IMG/VR virus record: IMGVR_UViG_3300026516_000178
DNA from: a virus
Reading direction: 5' to 3' (one strand)
DNA: 64,000 nt
The first letter of the stretch is position 1. Each line of letters opens with the position of its first letter. Shown piece by piece: positions 17,006 through 27,080 of this stretch. The notes beneath the pieces were generated by a model that was given only the letters and a program-made list of their open reading frames with translations, searched no databases and was not told the origin of the DNA. The translations under genes and the position numbers were made by a program.

Positions 17006-17065
17006 CGGAACCCTTGGGTTGAGCTTGTCGAAACCCTTGGGTTGAGCCCGTCGAAACTGGTTCCG
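17006..17065 (+). repeat. CGGAAC...GTTCCG palindrome with two tandem internal modules
   Basis: CGGAA-CCCTTGGGTTGAGCTTGTCGAAA-CCCTTGGGTTGAGCCCGTCGAAA-CTGGTTCCG, upstream of dnaB. Confidence 0.95.
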
Positions 17066-17096
17066 AAAACTATCCACCCTCTGAGAAGGTCTTCGA

Positions 17097-19247
17097 GTGT
17101 ACGACCATACCGACCAACTGCGCACCGAACCGATGATCCCTGCCAACGTCGAGGCGGAACAGGCTGTGCTGGGGTCCATCCTCATCGATCCCGACGCCGT
17201 GGTGGAGGTCGCCGAGCTGCTCACCGCCGACGACTTCCATTTGCAGAAACATGGCTGGATCTACCAGGCCATCCTGGACTTGAACGGCAAAAACTCGAAG
17301 GCCGATTTCCTCACCGTCACCGACGAGCTGGAACGCCGCCGGCAGTTGGACGAGGCAGGCGGCCCGGCCTACGTGATGGACCTCCTCAACGCCGTGCCCA
17401 CGGCCATCCATGCGACCCACTACGCCCGCATCGTGGAGGAGCGCGCGGTGGCTCGCCGGCTGCTGCGCGCTGCCGGCCAGATCGCCCAGTCGGTCTACGA
17501 AGTCAAGAGCATCGACAGGCTCTGCGCCAGCGCTGTGGAGCTGGTGGAGACGGCCGTCCAGCGCAAGGGCGAGCGCAGGGCCAAGACGCTGACCGCGGTG
17601 TTGAACGACACCGTGGCCCAGGCCAGGGAACACGCGCGGCTGCGCGCGGAAGGGCATGAGGTCTCCATCCCCTTCGGCATACCCGAGCTGGACCGGCGCA
17701 CCGGCGGCATGTGGCCCACCGACGTCATCGTGCTGGCCGCGCCCCCAGGCGGCGGCAAGACCGCACTGGCGCTGGGCATCGCCCACCAGGCGGCCAAGAC
17801 AGGCGCGACGGGCGCGGTCTTCTCGCTTGAGATGCAGGACACCCAGGTGGGCGAGCGCATCCTGGCGCCGGAGTCGGGCTACACCGCGATCCAGATCAGG
17901 TTGGGTGACATCCAGGACTGGCAGGTGCTGGACGCCGCGCGCGCCCGCGCCAGCACCGATAACCTGCTGGTCGACGACTCGGCCAGCCTGACCATGGCTG
18001 ACCTGACGGTGCGCGTCAAGCGCCTGCACCTGCGCCATGCCATCCAGTTCGTGGTCGTGGACTACGTGCAACTCCTGACGGCCGGCCTGAGGACCGAGAA
18101 CCGCACTCAAGAGCTGGCCTACATCTCGCGCCAGCTCAAGGCGCTGGCCAAGGAGCTGCACATCGCGGTGATCGTGGTGGCGCAACTCAACCGCGACTAC
18201 GACAAGCGCGCGGACAAGCGGCCCAGGATGTCCGATCTGGAGGGATCGAGCCAGTGGGAGAAGGACGCATCGGTGATCGTCTTCATCCACCGCGAGAGCC
18301 AGTTCGTGCCCGAGGCCGACGTCAACCGGGCCACGTTGATCCTGGCCAAGGCGCGCAACGGCCAGATCGGCGACTTCCCGGTGGGCTGGAACCCGCGCTA
18401 CTCGCAATTCACCCCGGAGCCGCTGGTCTTCGGCGAGGCCGACCGCCGCGCGCACCGGCTGGAGCTCCTGCGCCAGTGCGAGGCGCTCTCGTATTCGTGG
18501 GCCGACTGGCATTTGCACCCGCTGGGACTGGAGCAGGTCTTGCAGCAAGGCCGCGCGCAAGTCAAGCAGTTGGAGGGCGATCCCAAGCGCTTGGTGACCC
18601 AGGTGGGGCAGGCCTTGGCCAGCAGCCAGCGGCTGGATGAAGCGGTGCTGCGCGAGCTGTCTGCGCTGGCCAGGAGCCGCAACGGCGCCACGCCGCCCGT
18701 GGTGACTGACTTCCTGGCAGTGGGCGCGCGGGCTGCGGTCTTGCAGCAGGCGCGCGAGCAGGTGGCGCCGGCCCTGTTGGAGGGTCGCTTCGCCATCTTC
18801 TTCGGCCCTAGCGGCCGCGGTAAGACGCTCTTGGCGCGCATCGTGCAGCGCGCGCTGATCCTGGAGCACGGCATGCCGGCCGTGTGGATGAACTGGCGGC
18901 AGACCATGCGGGAGATCAAGGGAACCTTCAATGGCAACGGCCGGGAGGCGGAAGTTTGGCAGCAGACCCATGCGCCGGTGCTGATCCTGGACGATCCCGA
19001 CAAGGGCACCACCGAATGGAGTGTGGGGTATCTGTATGACCTGCTGGACCAGCGGATGGCCCTGACGGGCGGCAAGCAGGGGCCGGTGCTGCTGGTGCTG
19101 AACCAGTTGCCCAAGGAGTTCGGCGAGCAGCTCGCGCGCCACGGGCACCTGGGTGTGGCCACAGCGCAGCGCGGCCTGCAGCGTGGCCGGCCGGTGCTGG
19201 TGGACTTCAGCGCACTGCCGGTGTGGGAGGAACGGCCGGGGTTCTAG
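17097..19247 (+). CDS. dnaB: DnaB-like replicative helicase fused to a C-terminal DnaC/IstB-like AAA+ ATPase
   Basis: PANVEAEQAVLGSIL, AAPPGGGKT, FSLEM, VVDYVQLL, AQLNR, KARNG; second P-loop FGPSGRGKT with VLILDD. Confidence 0.88.
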   Translation: MYDHTDQLRTEPMIPANVEAEQAVLGSILIDPDAVVEVAELLTADDFHLQKHGWIYQAILDLNGKNSKADFLTVTDELERRRQLDEAGGPAYVMDLLNAVPTAIHATHYARIVEERAVARRLLRAAGQIAQSVYEVKSIDRLCASAVELVETAVQRKGERRAKTLTAVLNDTVAQAREHARLRAEGHEVSIPFGIPELDRRTGGMWPTDVIVLAAPPGGGKTALALGIAHQAAKTGATGAVFSLEMQDTQVGERILAPESGYTAIQIRLGDIQDWQVLDAARARASTDNLLVDDSASLTMADLTVRVKRLHLRHAIQFVVVDYVQLLTAGLRTENRTQELAYISRQLKALAKELHIAVIVVAQLNRDYDKRADKRPRMSDLEGSSQWEKDASVIVFIHRESQFVPEADVNRATLILAKARNGQIGDFPVGWNPRYSQFTPEPLVFGEADRRAHRLELLRQCEALSYSWADWHLHPLGLEQVLQQGRAQVKQLEGDPKRLVTQVGQALASSQRLDEAVLRELSALARSRNGATPPVVTDFLAVGARAAVLQQAREQVAPALLEGRFAIFFGPSGRGKTLLARIVQRALILEHGMPAVWMNWRQTMREIKGTFNGNGREAEVWQQTHAPVLILDDPDKGTTEWSVGYLYDLLDQRMALTGGKQGPVLLVLNQLPKEFGEQLARHGHLGVATAQRGLQRGRPVLVDFSALPVWEERPGF

Positions 19248-19353
19248 GGCGAGAGCGGCTAGGTCTCCAAGCCAAGCCACCTCGTCTTTTCATTATCTTT
19301 GACCATTTTGGTGTCCAGTCGTAGGGGCGCACCTCAATCCTCAGAAGCGTTGA

Positions 19354-21417
19354 CTAGCTACTCATTGCGAAGTCAGGAACGAAGAACCCCTCTTCAATCA
19401 CCTTTCTCTCGACCTGCAGAACCACATCACATTGTTTTTCTGTGGGTATCTTGGAGGGAATCTGGCAGGTGATACTCATGATGCTCATTTCTTTCGGGCT
19501 GAGACACGCCTTCTCAAGTCCAAACGCGGCTACCTGTTTCCAATACTCGACTCCTTTGCTCAATACAATCTTTTGAGAGAATATTCCATCATCAATCTTC
19601 TGAGTTATCTTTGCCCCCTTCATCTTTTCGCTTAACGTTTCGGCATCCAGTAGCACTGCTTCCAGATCAGGATGCATCTGAACTGGAAGTTCCCTGATCC
19701 TTTGCCAGCACAATTCCTTCTTGCACCACTCTGTTACGTTCGTGATGTTCTCAGGTGTCTCTTGGATTTTCCAGTTAACCTGTTCTGCAATGCTCAGCAA
19801 TTGTTCTTCCAGAACGGGCGCAACACTTTGATCCTTCCATATTTGATCCAGGTTCAGGTGTTTGCCGGTCTCTGACACCATATGTGCCAGCTTAGCCAAA
19901 GAGTAGGTGACGATATTGGCTTTATATCCACCATACCAGCTCTGTTTCATGATGCTTTTGTCAAGAAAGCGGAACAAGAGTGCTTTGGCGATGAGATGTC
20001 TGAAGTACAATTCATTGAACTGAGCTTCGTTCTTGTCCCATATTTGTCCGATATCGCCAGCGAATGCGGCGAAGTTTCCTTGAGCTCCTTGGCTAACGAT
20101 GTGTGGTTTCATGCCCAACGAGTGTTCAAACTTCGCGAGGTCGGTTTTCGTAAACATCTGTGATCTGGGGTTCTTGGCAAGGAACTCCCGTTGTTGGGCA
20201 GGGGTCAGATTTGCCTGCGCATTGGCATATTGTCCTCGTGCCCGTTCATAAAACCAATGCGTCTCACGTAACCCACCGGTAGGAGAAGGAGCCCAGATAC
20301 GCCGTGACAGTTCCTCTATCCGCAGATGAAACGCATGGTTTGAAAAGAAATCCGCCGCGCTCACTTTGTTCTGAGTGTTGGCATATTCGGATATCCTTGG
20401 TACAACCAATTCGGCTTTCTCAGAGGGGATTACGGTCAGTTTCACCTGTACATGCACATTTGAGAGTTTCGCCTTGTTCTTCTTGCTAGTTGTGAAGATC
20501 GATGCTGTTGTCTGTCCACCATTCACAATCTGGAAGTTCGTTACTGACAATAATCGGTTGCGACCTTCGTCTGTTTCAACGTGTTCAGCAGTTGTGGTTA
20601 ACCCGTTGTTGTATGCAAAGAACATCTCAGGTTCATTCTGAATGGTGTTTCTGATACCTTTGTTTACCTTACCCCGAAACTGAAGAAAGGTGCGCACATT
20701 CTGCTCCAAGAGCCGTTCACCATACTGATCATACAGATCAGCAACGAGAGTACCTGGCATTACCAACAGATACGATTCGTGGTTCTCAATTCCATTGGAG
20801 GCGGGAAGGCAAGGAAGTCCGTCTGGAATGGCATCACGAAAGTCGATAACGATATCCTCGCGGGCTTTGCCCGACGTTTCCAATCGAAACAGGCGGCTGA
20901 TATCCCAAACATCATAAGAACACGTGTATCCGGGGACTGGCTCCCTACTGATCGAATCAACGCGAGTGCTCAATTGGGCATTTGACAGAAGGAAGAACTG
21001 AACCTTCGATATCATAGCTGAACTTTCATAGATCATACGGGCGAGATCATATGCAGGAGCACTCTCTTCCATGGCTGCAAGAAAATTCAGATTGAGGCAT
21101 TCACTGAAAAACTTCTCAAGTCGTTTGAAGCTTCTGGTCACCTCTGCTCCGGATAGACGCTCCACATCGTTGCTAAAGCGAAAGTCCGACACAAACAGAG
21201 TCAGCGCTTCTGTATCGTTATTGAAGTCCCACGCGTCAACGCGAATTCCCCGGACGCTGTTCCGATATCCAGCATAGGTGAAATTCTCGATTACCGCCTG
21301 ATCCACGAGGAACTCACACATCCGTTCCGTGAAAACGGCTTCAGTGAAATTCGACTCAGATCCAGAGCGCGCAAGGATATCCTGAATGAACTCCTCGTGA
21401 TACTCAATGATATTCAT
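19354..21417 (-). CDS. AIPR family protein (abortive infection phage resistance)
   Basis: LLEQNVRTFL, FFAYNNG, QIVNGGQTT, ANTQNKV, WFYERARGQY. Confidence 0.92.
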   Translation of the reverse strand: MNIIEYHEEFIQDILARSGSESNFTEAVFTERMCEFLVDQAVIENFTYAGYRNSVRGIRVDAWDFNNDTEALTLFVSDFRFSNDVERLSGAEVTRSFKRLEKFFSECLNLNFLAAMEESAPAYDLARMIYESSAMISKVQFFLLSNAQLSTRVDSISREPVPGYTCSYDVWDISRLFRLETSGKAREDIVIDFRDAIPDGLPCLPASNGIENHESYLLVMPGTLVADLYDQYGERLLEQNVRTFLQFRGKVNKGIRNTIQNEPEMFFAYNNGLTTTAEHVETDEGRNRLLSVTNFQIVNGGQTTASIFTTSKKNKAKLSNVHVQVKLTVIPSEKAELVVPRISEYANTQNKVSAADFFSNHAFHLRIEELSRRIWAPSPTGGLRETHWFYERARGQYANAQANLTPAQQREFLAKNPRSQMFTKTDLAKFEHSLGMKPHIVSQGAQGNFAAFAGDIGQIWDKNEAQFNELYFRHLIAKALLFRFLDKSIMKQSWYGGYKANIVTYSLAKLAHMVSETGKHLNLDQIWKDQSVAPVLEEQLLSIAEQVNWKIQETPENITNVTEWCKKELCWQRIRELPVQMHPDLEAVLLDAETLSEKMKGAKITQKIDDGIFSQKIVLSKGVEYWKQVAAFGLEKACLSPKEMSIMSITCQIPSKIPTEKQCDVVLQVERKVIEEGFFVPDFAMSS

Positions 21418-22388
21418 GGAATTGCTCCCATCCAGTCTGGCTGACCCAAGAATGGATCACACTCAGACAGTCTGATGTCGTATGAAAGCCTGACTATCCC
21501 GCGATGAATTTCCTCCGAACAAATCCTCGGAAACCCTTCGGCAACCTGGTACATAGCTGTGCCACTCACAACATAACTAAACTCAAGGTAGCGATCCGTA
21601 TCGACATATCCAATCATATGCAGCAGATCATTGAAGCGCTCAATCTTGTCTGATCCATGTGCCTGTAACAAGGCTCTAATCTCAGACACTAAGCCTGGCA
21701 GGTTGACCGCGTCCTGAGCCTCAGGTATGGTTTTACCAAGGGTCACCACAAAGAGATACACTTCGCTCAGTTGCGGGCACAATTGGTCTGCTGAGTTTAT
21801 TGTGACATAGGGTGCTGTTGCACCTGACCTGCACTTTACCTCAACGGCGCAGTCTCCAATGTTGAAGTCCTGTGGTAAGCCCTCAGGCCCCTGCCAAAAC
21901 TGGACAGCCATTCCTGGACCGAACCTCGGCGCCAGACACAGGCTCAGGAAGAGAAGTTCACCAATCAATCCTTTAATTCTGTCCTCAGTCAACAGATCGC
22001 TTGGACGCTTCCTCAGGAAGTCTTGCCAGCGCGTCAGCCTCCGGACTATTACATGGACCGCCGATGGCGTATCTGTCGAAGATCGGGTTGCCTGGATTAG
22101 ATCACTACATAAAGCAAGAAACAGCTCCCAATTGCTCTTTTCATTCAAGACCAGAACCAATCGGGTCCTGGATACTTGTCCACTGGCGGGAATATATGCA
22201 GCCTGAATACCGACCAAACTGGGTAGTTCTATGCGTTTGGGTGCTTCTTCAGGATCCATTTCGTAAACAAACAGATAACGGCCGAGTTGATCTCTTGCCC
22301 AATAAAGGTCAAGGGAATGAGTATGATCAACTCGCCTGGCACTTACATCATTTGGCGACGGATCGATTGGGTTCCAGGGATTGTTCAT
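21414..22388 (-). CDS. PD-(D/E)XK motif protein (DUF4420-like)
   Basis: GLIGELLFL, WQGP...QDF...AVEVK, INSADQL; typical position between Z1 and AIPR. Confidence 0.88.
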   Translation of the reverse strand: MNNPWNPIDPSPNDVSARRVDHTHSLDLYWARDQLGRYLFVYEMDPEEAPKRIELPSLVGIQAAYIPASGQVSRTRLVLVLNEKSNWELFLALCSDLIQATRSSTDTPSAVHVIVRRLTRWQDFLRKRPSDLLTEDRIKGLIGELLFLSLCLAPRFGPGMAVQFWQGPEGLPQDFNIGDCAVEVKCRSGATAPYVTINSADQLCPQLSEVYLFVVTLGKTIPEAQDAVNLPGLVSEIRALLQAHGSDKIERFNDLLHMIGYVDTDRYLEFSYVVSGTAMYQVAEGFPRICSEEIHRGIVRLSYDIRLSECDPFLGQPDWMGAIP

Positions 22389-22389
22389 T

Positions 22390-25065
22390 TCACTCCTCTT
22401 CGATGTCATCCTCATCCAGCGTATCCAGGTACTCATTCTTCCACCAGATAGTATTAACGACATACTCCACCAGCTTCTCCGGTCTTCTGCTACCCGCTCT
22501 GCCGGGGAAACTTATGCCGTATGCAGGTACTCCTTGGGGGAAAAGGCTGGTGTTACTATCACCAAGTTGACAGTCAAGGAGGTGCAACATTAACAGAGGT
22601 TGCCTGTCAACTCGATACACATAGTCCGGAATGTTGGCACCTGCCTTCGATTCCTGCTCCCGATAATACTTCTTCGCCTTCCCGATTTCCTCTTCAGATA
22701 ACCCCGCTCTTTCGAGTCCTCGGGAAGCAACGCGACGCTTGTTAACTTCTATGCCCCGGCCGCTCTTGGCAAGCACCACTTTTCGTGCCTGAGCGGCAAC
22801 CAGGAATTCACCCACTTGGGTCGCTATTTCAGACTTTGCCCCTTTCGGAGACACCAGGATTACATCCCACGAACCTGGGCCCTGACCATCACATAGCTCA
22901 ATGTAATCGATCAGTGGGCCTGACTCAGTGAGCTGGGAATATGGATGGTTCTCAAAACGTTCAATAAACTCAACCACATGCTTTGACGGTACTCTTTTCC
23001 ATAGTAACCCGAAATCCGATGGAAGCCTTGTTCCGACTCGGTCTGCATTGCGCACCATGGATTCCATCGCAGCCAGGTTGCTACGCATGCTCTCTGCACT
23101 GTTCAGCAGGACCGAGGTCTCAACGAGTCTGCCTTCCAGGCTGACCTGCCGCAGCACGACCTTGCCAGTTCTCATCTTGTTTCTGGCCGTAACTATCAAC
23201 GACTCTGGATGACTTCTTACACACAGACCGAACTCACTCGGCGACATTCCTGCTGCTTGCATTCGCCTGAACTCCTCCCGGAGTTCATCTGACGCATCCG
23301 AAATGTGACCGTACCACGACGCAGTCTCAGAAGTCATATATATCCTGCACAGGTCCGCGTAGCCCTCACGATATCCAAACCAACGCCCCATTTGCATCAG
23401 GGTGTCATACATGACAGAGTTTCGAAGGAAATAACTTGTTGTGAGCCCTTCCAAGGTCAAGCCGCGCGACAGATTCATTCCTCCAACTGCAATCACGTTT
23501 CGCCCATTCGGGTAATTCTGCCGACTATAATCCAGTGGTGCAGCAGATGGTGAGGAGTTGACTTCTACAACCGATATCGGAGATATTGCGTCTTTCAGAT
23601 ACGGCTGGATCTCGCGCCAAGAACGTTCATTGCTGTCGAATTCTCTGTCAAACAAATTCATCAGTCTGGCCAGAACCGTGTCCTTCAGAGACTCCGGAGT
23701 ATCCAGCCTGTAGTAGCTGATGACTGCCTGACGAACTTCCCTCAAGTATTCATCGATCAATAACTTCACGATCGATTGAACAGCCGTGAAACGGCTTACG
23801 TTGACCAACATGGAGTTGTGGGAGTCTGTCTGTCCTCTTGCCAAGCGTATTGCCCGAGCCAGCACAAAGACTTCGATAGCCTCTTTAAGGCTCTGTGGAA
23901 TTGATTGAGGTTGCCAATCCTTCTTGTGTTTTGGCGGGAGATCGTCTTCAAAGTCATCTGCCTCTCGTATCAGGTCAAGGTCTGCGTTGCTTGAGAAGAT
24001 TCTGTCAGGCCCGATATAATTGCTCGGGGCATCAAGACTGATGATGAAGTCGCGCGGGAACAGATCATCGCCCAACATCTCCGTTTCTGTCTCGGGGTCA
24101 ATGAAGACATTCGCAAACGGAGTAGCAGTGTACCCGACGTAAGATGAGCGATCAAAAAGATGAAGAAGTTCCCTGATTTTTCGGTTAATAGCTGTCGCTT
24201 CACCTGCCTCTTTGCTTGTATTAATTGAACCGAGATCTGCTTCATCATCGATCAACAATACAGGTTGATCCTTAAGATTGTGGGGATTGTTGTGCTTCAA
24301 CCAATCAATGAGGTTGTCCAGTGTGGTCTTATTCTTCTTGATCACCAGAAGTACCGGCTGCACAAGATCCTGAATACCGACTCCGATTTGATTCGCACTC
24401 TTCTTTCTGAAGTCTTGTTCTCTCGTGGTAAAGTAAGCAGGTTTCCGCTCGGCGGAAAACCTGCCTACTCCAACAGGGGCCTTTGCCTTGGAGTCGACTC
24501 CGAGAAAACCGGCATCCAGCCGGGTTTGAGTCTGATTGCGAAGTGAATTGAGCATCCCGCCCAACACTATGATGACTTTGTATCCACTGTCTGCAGCCTT
24601 GTTGATAAGTCCTATGTAGTTTCCGGTCTTTCCCGATTGGACATGTCCGACCACCATGCCCTTGCGCACCCACTTACCACTCTTGCGGGGATTCTCAAGG
24701 TGATCAAGTATTCGCTCAGTATCGTTGTCCAAAGTTCGGATTACGTGTGGCGAATATCGTTCTTCGGCTGCCAGGTACCGTTTGTATCTTCCCCAGTAAT
24801 ACCAATCGATATTGCCCCGTTCATCGTCCAGCCATGGTCGATAGTCATCAGCAGCAAACATTAAGCCGATGTTCATGCTAATGCTGAAGCGCTCTTCCAG
24901 TCGCCGGGTTATCATCTGAACATCTTCTTCAGAGAATCGCCCCTGAATCGAAGCTATAGCCCTTACCTTCTCTTCGATCACCGAACGTTTGACTACAGTT
25001 GTATCAAGAGAAGACAACAAGCTTGCGGCTGCGTCTTCGATTATCACCAGATTACTGTTTATCAT
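22390..25065 (-). CDS. Z1-domain SF2 helicase-like/endonuclease protein
   Basis: GHVQSGKT, LIDDEAD, YVGYTATPFAN, SMLVNVS, LSRGLTLEGL, DTLMQMGRWFGYR. Confidence 0.92.
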   Translation of the reverse strand: MINSNLVIIEDAAASLLSSLDTTVVKRSVIEEKVRAIASIQGRFSEEDVQMITRRLEERFSISMNIGLMFAADDYRPWLDDERGNIDWYYWGRYKRYLAAEERYSPHVIRTLDNDTERILDHLENPRKSGKWVRKGMVVGHVQSGKTGNYIGLINKAADSGYKVIIVLGGMLNSLRNQTQTRLDAGFLGVDSKAKAPVGVGRFSAERKPAYFTTREQDFRKKSANQIGVGIQDLVQPVLLVIKKNKTTLDNLIDWLKHNNPHNLKDQPVLLIDDEADLGSINTSKEAGEATAINRKIRELLHLFDRSSYVGYTATPFANVFIDPETETEMLGDDLFPRDFIISLDAPSNYIGPDRIFSSNADLDLIREADDFEDDLPPKHKKDWQPQSIPQSLKEAIEVFVLARAIRLARGQTDSHNSMLVNVSRFTAVQSIVKLLIDEYLREVRQAVISYYRLDTPESLKDTVLARLMNLFDREFDSNERSWREIQPYLKDAISPISVVEVNSSPSAAPLDYSRQNYPNGRNVIAVGGMNLSRGLTLEGLTTSYFLRNSVMYDTLMQMGRWFGYREGYADLCRIYMTSETASWYGHISDASDELREEFRRMQAAGMSPSEFGLCVRSHPESLIVTARNKMRTGKVVLRQVSLEGRLVETSVLLNSAESMRSNLAAMESMVRNADRVGTRLPSDFGLLWKRVPSKHVVEFIERFENHPYSQLTESGPLIDYIELCDGQGPGSWDVILVSPKGAKSEIATQVGEFLVAAQARKVVLAKSGRGIEVNKRRVASRGLERAGLSEEEIGKAKKYYREQESKAGANIPDYVYRVDRQPLLMLHLLDCQLGDSNTSLFPQGVPAYGISFPGRAGSRRPEKLVEYVVNTIWWKNEYLDTLDEDDIEEE

Positions 25066-26566
25066 TACCACTCCGCTTCTCCAGAATTTGTTGAGTTAGG
25101 TCCCGATTTGATGCAAACGGCTCAATAGCGAGCAGCCTGTCCATTACTTGGTCCACAGAATGACTTGATGTGCCCCAACTTGTGATGAATACATCAAGAA
25201 GCATCGCCAATTCTCGCTCCTGTAACTTTGGCTGCTCAACCGATTCGGGACGATTGGCCGTGTCGTGGAAAAACATGTCTGTAGGAAAACTACTCTCGAT
25301 CATCGAAATCACATTCTCAAGAAACGCTCTCTTCTCTTCAGGAATACTTGCAGACAACTCCTTGAGGAGCGGGTGGTCTCTGTTAACCTTATAACATACG
25401 AGACCGGCAGTTGCCACGCGATTCCACACCGGACTCTGGATCGTTGACGGGAGTTTTCGCCCTCTCTGCCGATAGACCCTGCGACCAGATATCTCGATCC
25501 TGCTGATGACTTGCCTAAGTTCATTCCGGATCGTTTCTGGCGGCGAAGCGTGGGACTTTCTGACGTCTATCCTCCATAAGTGATCAAGTGTGTTTGGAAT
25601 ATCAACCCTTACCCGGAGAAGCTTATTAAGCTCTTCCTTCTTGATGAGTCGAAACCAGGTTCCCTTGATAATCAATCGTTTGTTACGATAGACATAGAAT
25701 CCCTGGTTGTGAAGATAACCGCCCTCCCCGGCATACTCCTCGTATTCCTGCCTTGGGACTTTGTTGTGGTGTGGAAGTACATACGGTTGCACAACGATTG
25801 CAGACCCTTCGAGGACGATATGCTGTCTCTCAAGTTCCTGGGTTGCGACATTGCGGGGATTGAATGGATTGAAGGCTGTCAGCTCATCACGATTCATGAA
25901 GATGTGTACTTTTTTCCTTCCAACATCTTCTGGAGACAGGAAGCGATGGAAGACCAACTGGAGATGTTTTCTGGTATCATCTATCTGAGCATTGAAGTAG
26001 GCGTCCTGACTGGCCCCTGTGTTTTGGTCCGATATTCGATCGATGTTTTCCCAGAGTACAATCGTTCCACTTTCCATACACTCCAATACCCTTTGGTAGA
26101 TGGACCACAGTACCTCACGTTGCACGATTTCGTCGTAGTCCAGAATGCTGAGATTCCAGACATCATCACCCATATATGCAATTCTGTTGAGATCCCAGGC
26201 ACAGCAGGAAGTTGTTCCCGCCTTCTTGCTCAGGACTGTGAGGTGCCGACATTGGGAGAGCGAGGCGGTCTTCAATCCCAGACCAAAACGTCCCATGTCA
26301 TTAATACTACGGGCAACAAATGGACTCACGCTACCGAAACGCATCGCGGTAATGAGCTCTGTCCTCGTCATCCCGTATCCGTTATCTGTGATCGCAAGCC
26401 AAGGGTTGCCGGCGTTCCACGAGAAATCGATGTTTATCTCATCAGCGTCGGCCGAAATACTGTTGTCGATGATATCGGCAACAGCAGTCTCCATCGAATA
26501 ACCCAAATTTCGTAAGGACTCCAGCAAGGACAAAGGAGATGGAGGCAATTCGTGGAATGTGCTCAT
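25052..26566 (-). CDS. MORC/MutL-like GHKL ATPase
   Basis: SLRNLGYS, ADIIDNSISA, DNGYGM, GRFGLGLKTAS, QGFYVYRNKRLI. Confidence 0.92.
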   Translation of the reverse strand: MSTFHELPPSPLSLLESLRNLGYSMETAVADIIDNSISADADEINIDFSWNAGNPWLAITDNGYGMTRTELITAMRFGSVSPFVARSINDMGRFGLGLKTASLSQCRHLTVLSKKAGTTSCCAWDLNRIAYMGDDVWNLSILDYDEIVQREVLWSIYQRVLECMESGTIVLWENIDRISDQNTGASQDAYFNAQIDDTRKHLQLVFHRFLSPEDVGRKKVHIFMNRDELTAFNPFNPRNVATQELERQHIVLEGSAIVVQPYVLPHHNKVPRQEYEEYAGEGGYLHNQGFYVYRNKRLIIKGTWFRLIKKEELNKLLRVRVDIPNTLDHLWRIDVRKSHASPPETIRNELRQVISRIEISGRRVYRQRGRKLPSTIQSPVWNRVATAGLVCYKVNRDHPLLKELSASIPEEKRAFLENVISMIESSFPTDMFFHDTANRPESVEQPKLQERELAMLLDVFITSWGTSSHSVDQVMDRLLAIEPFASNRDLTQQILEKRSGNDKQ

Positions 26567-26582
26567 TGTGGGTCAGAAGTCG

Positions 26583-27080
26583 TTATGATTCAGGTGATGT
26601 ATGGAAATGCAAGCCGTTGGCATCAATCTCCATGCAGTGACCATTCTCAGATGCAAGAAACTGTTCAATAAGTCGCCCGAGTTGCTCCAATCTCGCTTGT
26701 TTGTCGACACCCTTCAGTTCGCGAAGTACACATTCCCAAAGCACTACATATACCCAACCGGAGGCAACAAGCTTTTCGTAGTTCACCGAATCACGGAGAG
26801 CATTGCCTTCGATTTTCTTTTTCCAGAAATCCGCATTCGATGACGGCCATTTGAAGTATCTGCATTTGTGCATGTGCCAGAAGCAACCCTGCACAAAGAT
26901 TACTTTCTTGCGACCTGGAAAGACTATATCTGGTTTCCCTGGAAGTGCCTTGTAATGCAAGCGATATCGATACCCATGCCTCCAAAGCCACTGCCGTACA
27001 ATCAGCTCAGGCTTTGTATTCTTGGGGCCGATCTTAGACATATTGAAGCTGCGCCGTTCAGGCGAATGAACATCCATCAC
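26583..27080 (-). CDS. vsr: Very short patch repair endonuclease
   Basis: RSFNMSKI..KNTKPE, LPGKPDI, GCFWH, FWKKKI..N..RD, VLWEC. Confidence 0.93.
   Translation of the reverse strand: MMDVHSPERRSFNMSKIGPKNTKPELIVRQWLWRHGYRYRLHYKALPGKPDIVFPGRKKVIFVQGCFWHMHKCRYFKWPSSNADFWKKKIEGNALRDSVNYEKLVASGWVYVVLWECVLRELKGVDKQARLEQLGRLIEQFLASENGHCMEIDANGLHFHTSPES

Noticed and set aside
960..17065. CRISPR array interpretation of the GTTGAGCTTGTCGAAAC repeats (GTT...GAAAC ends)
   Set aside because: Copies are dispersed, tandem copies have no spacers, and no cas genes are present
19320..19336. GTAGGGGCGCACC start resembling a GTAG-type REP at the left island boundary
   Set aside because: No complementary second arm and no other copy found
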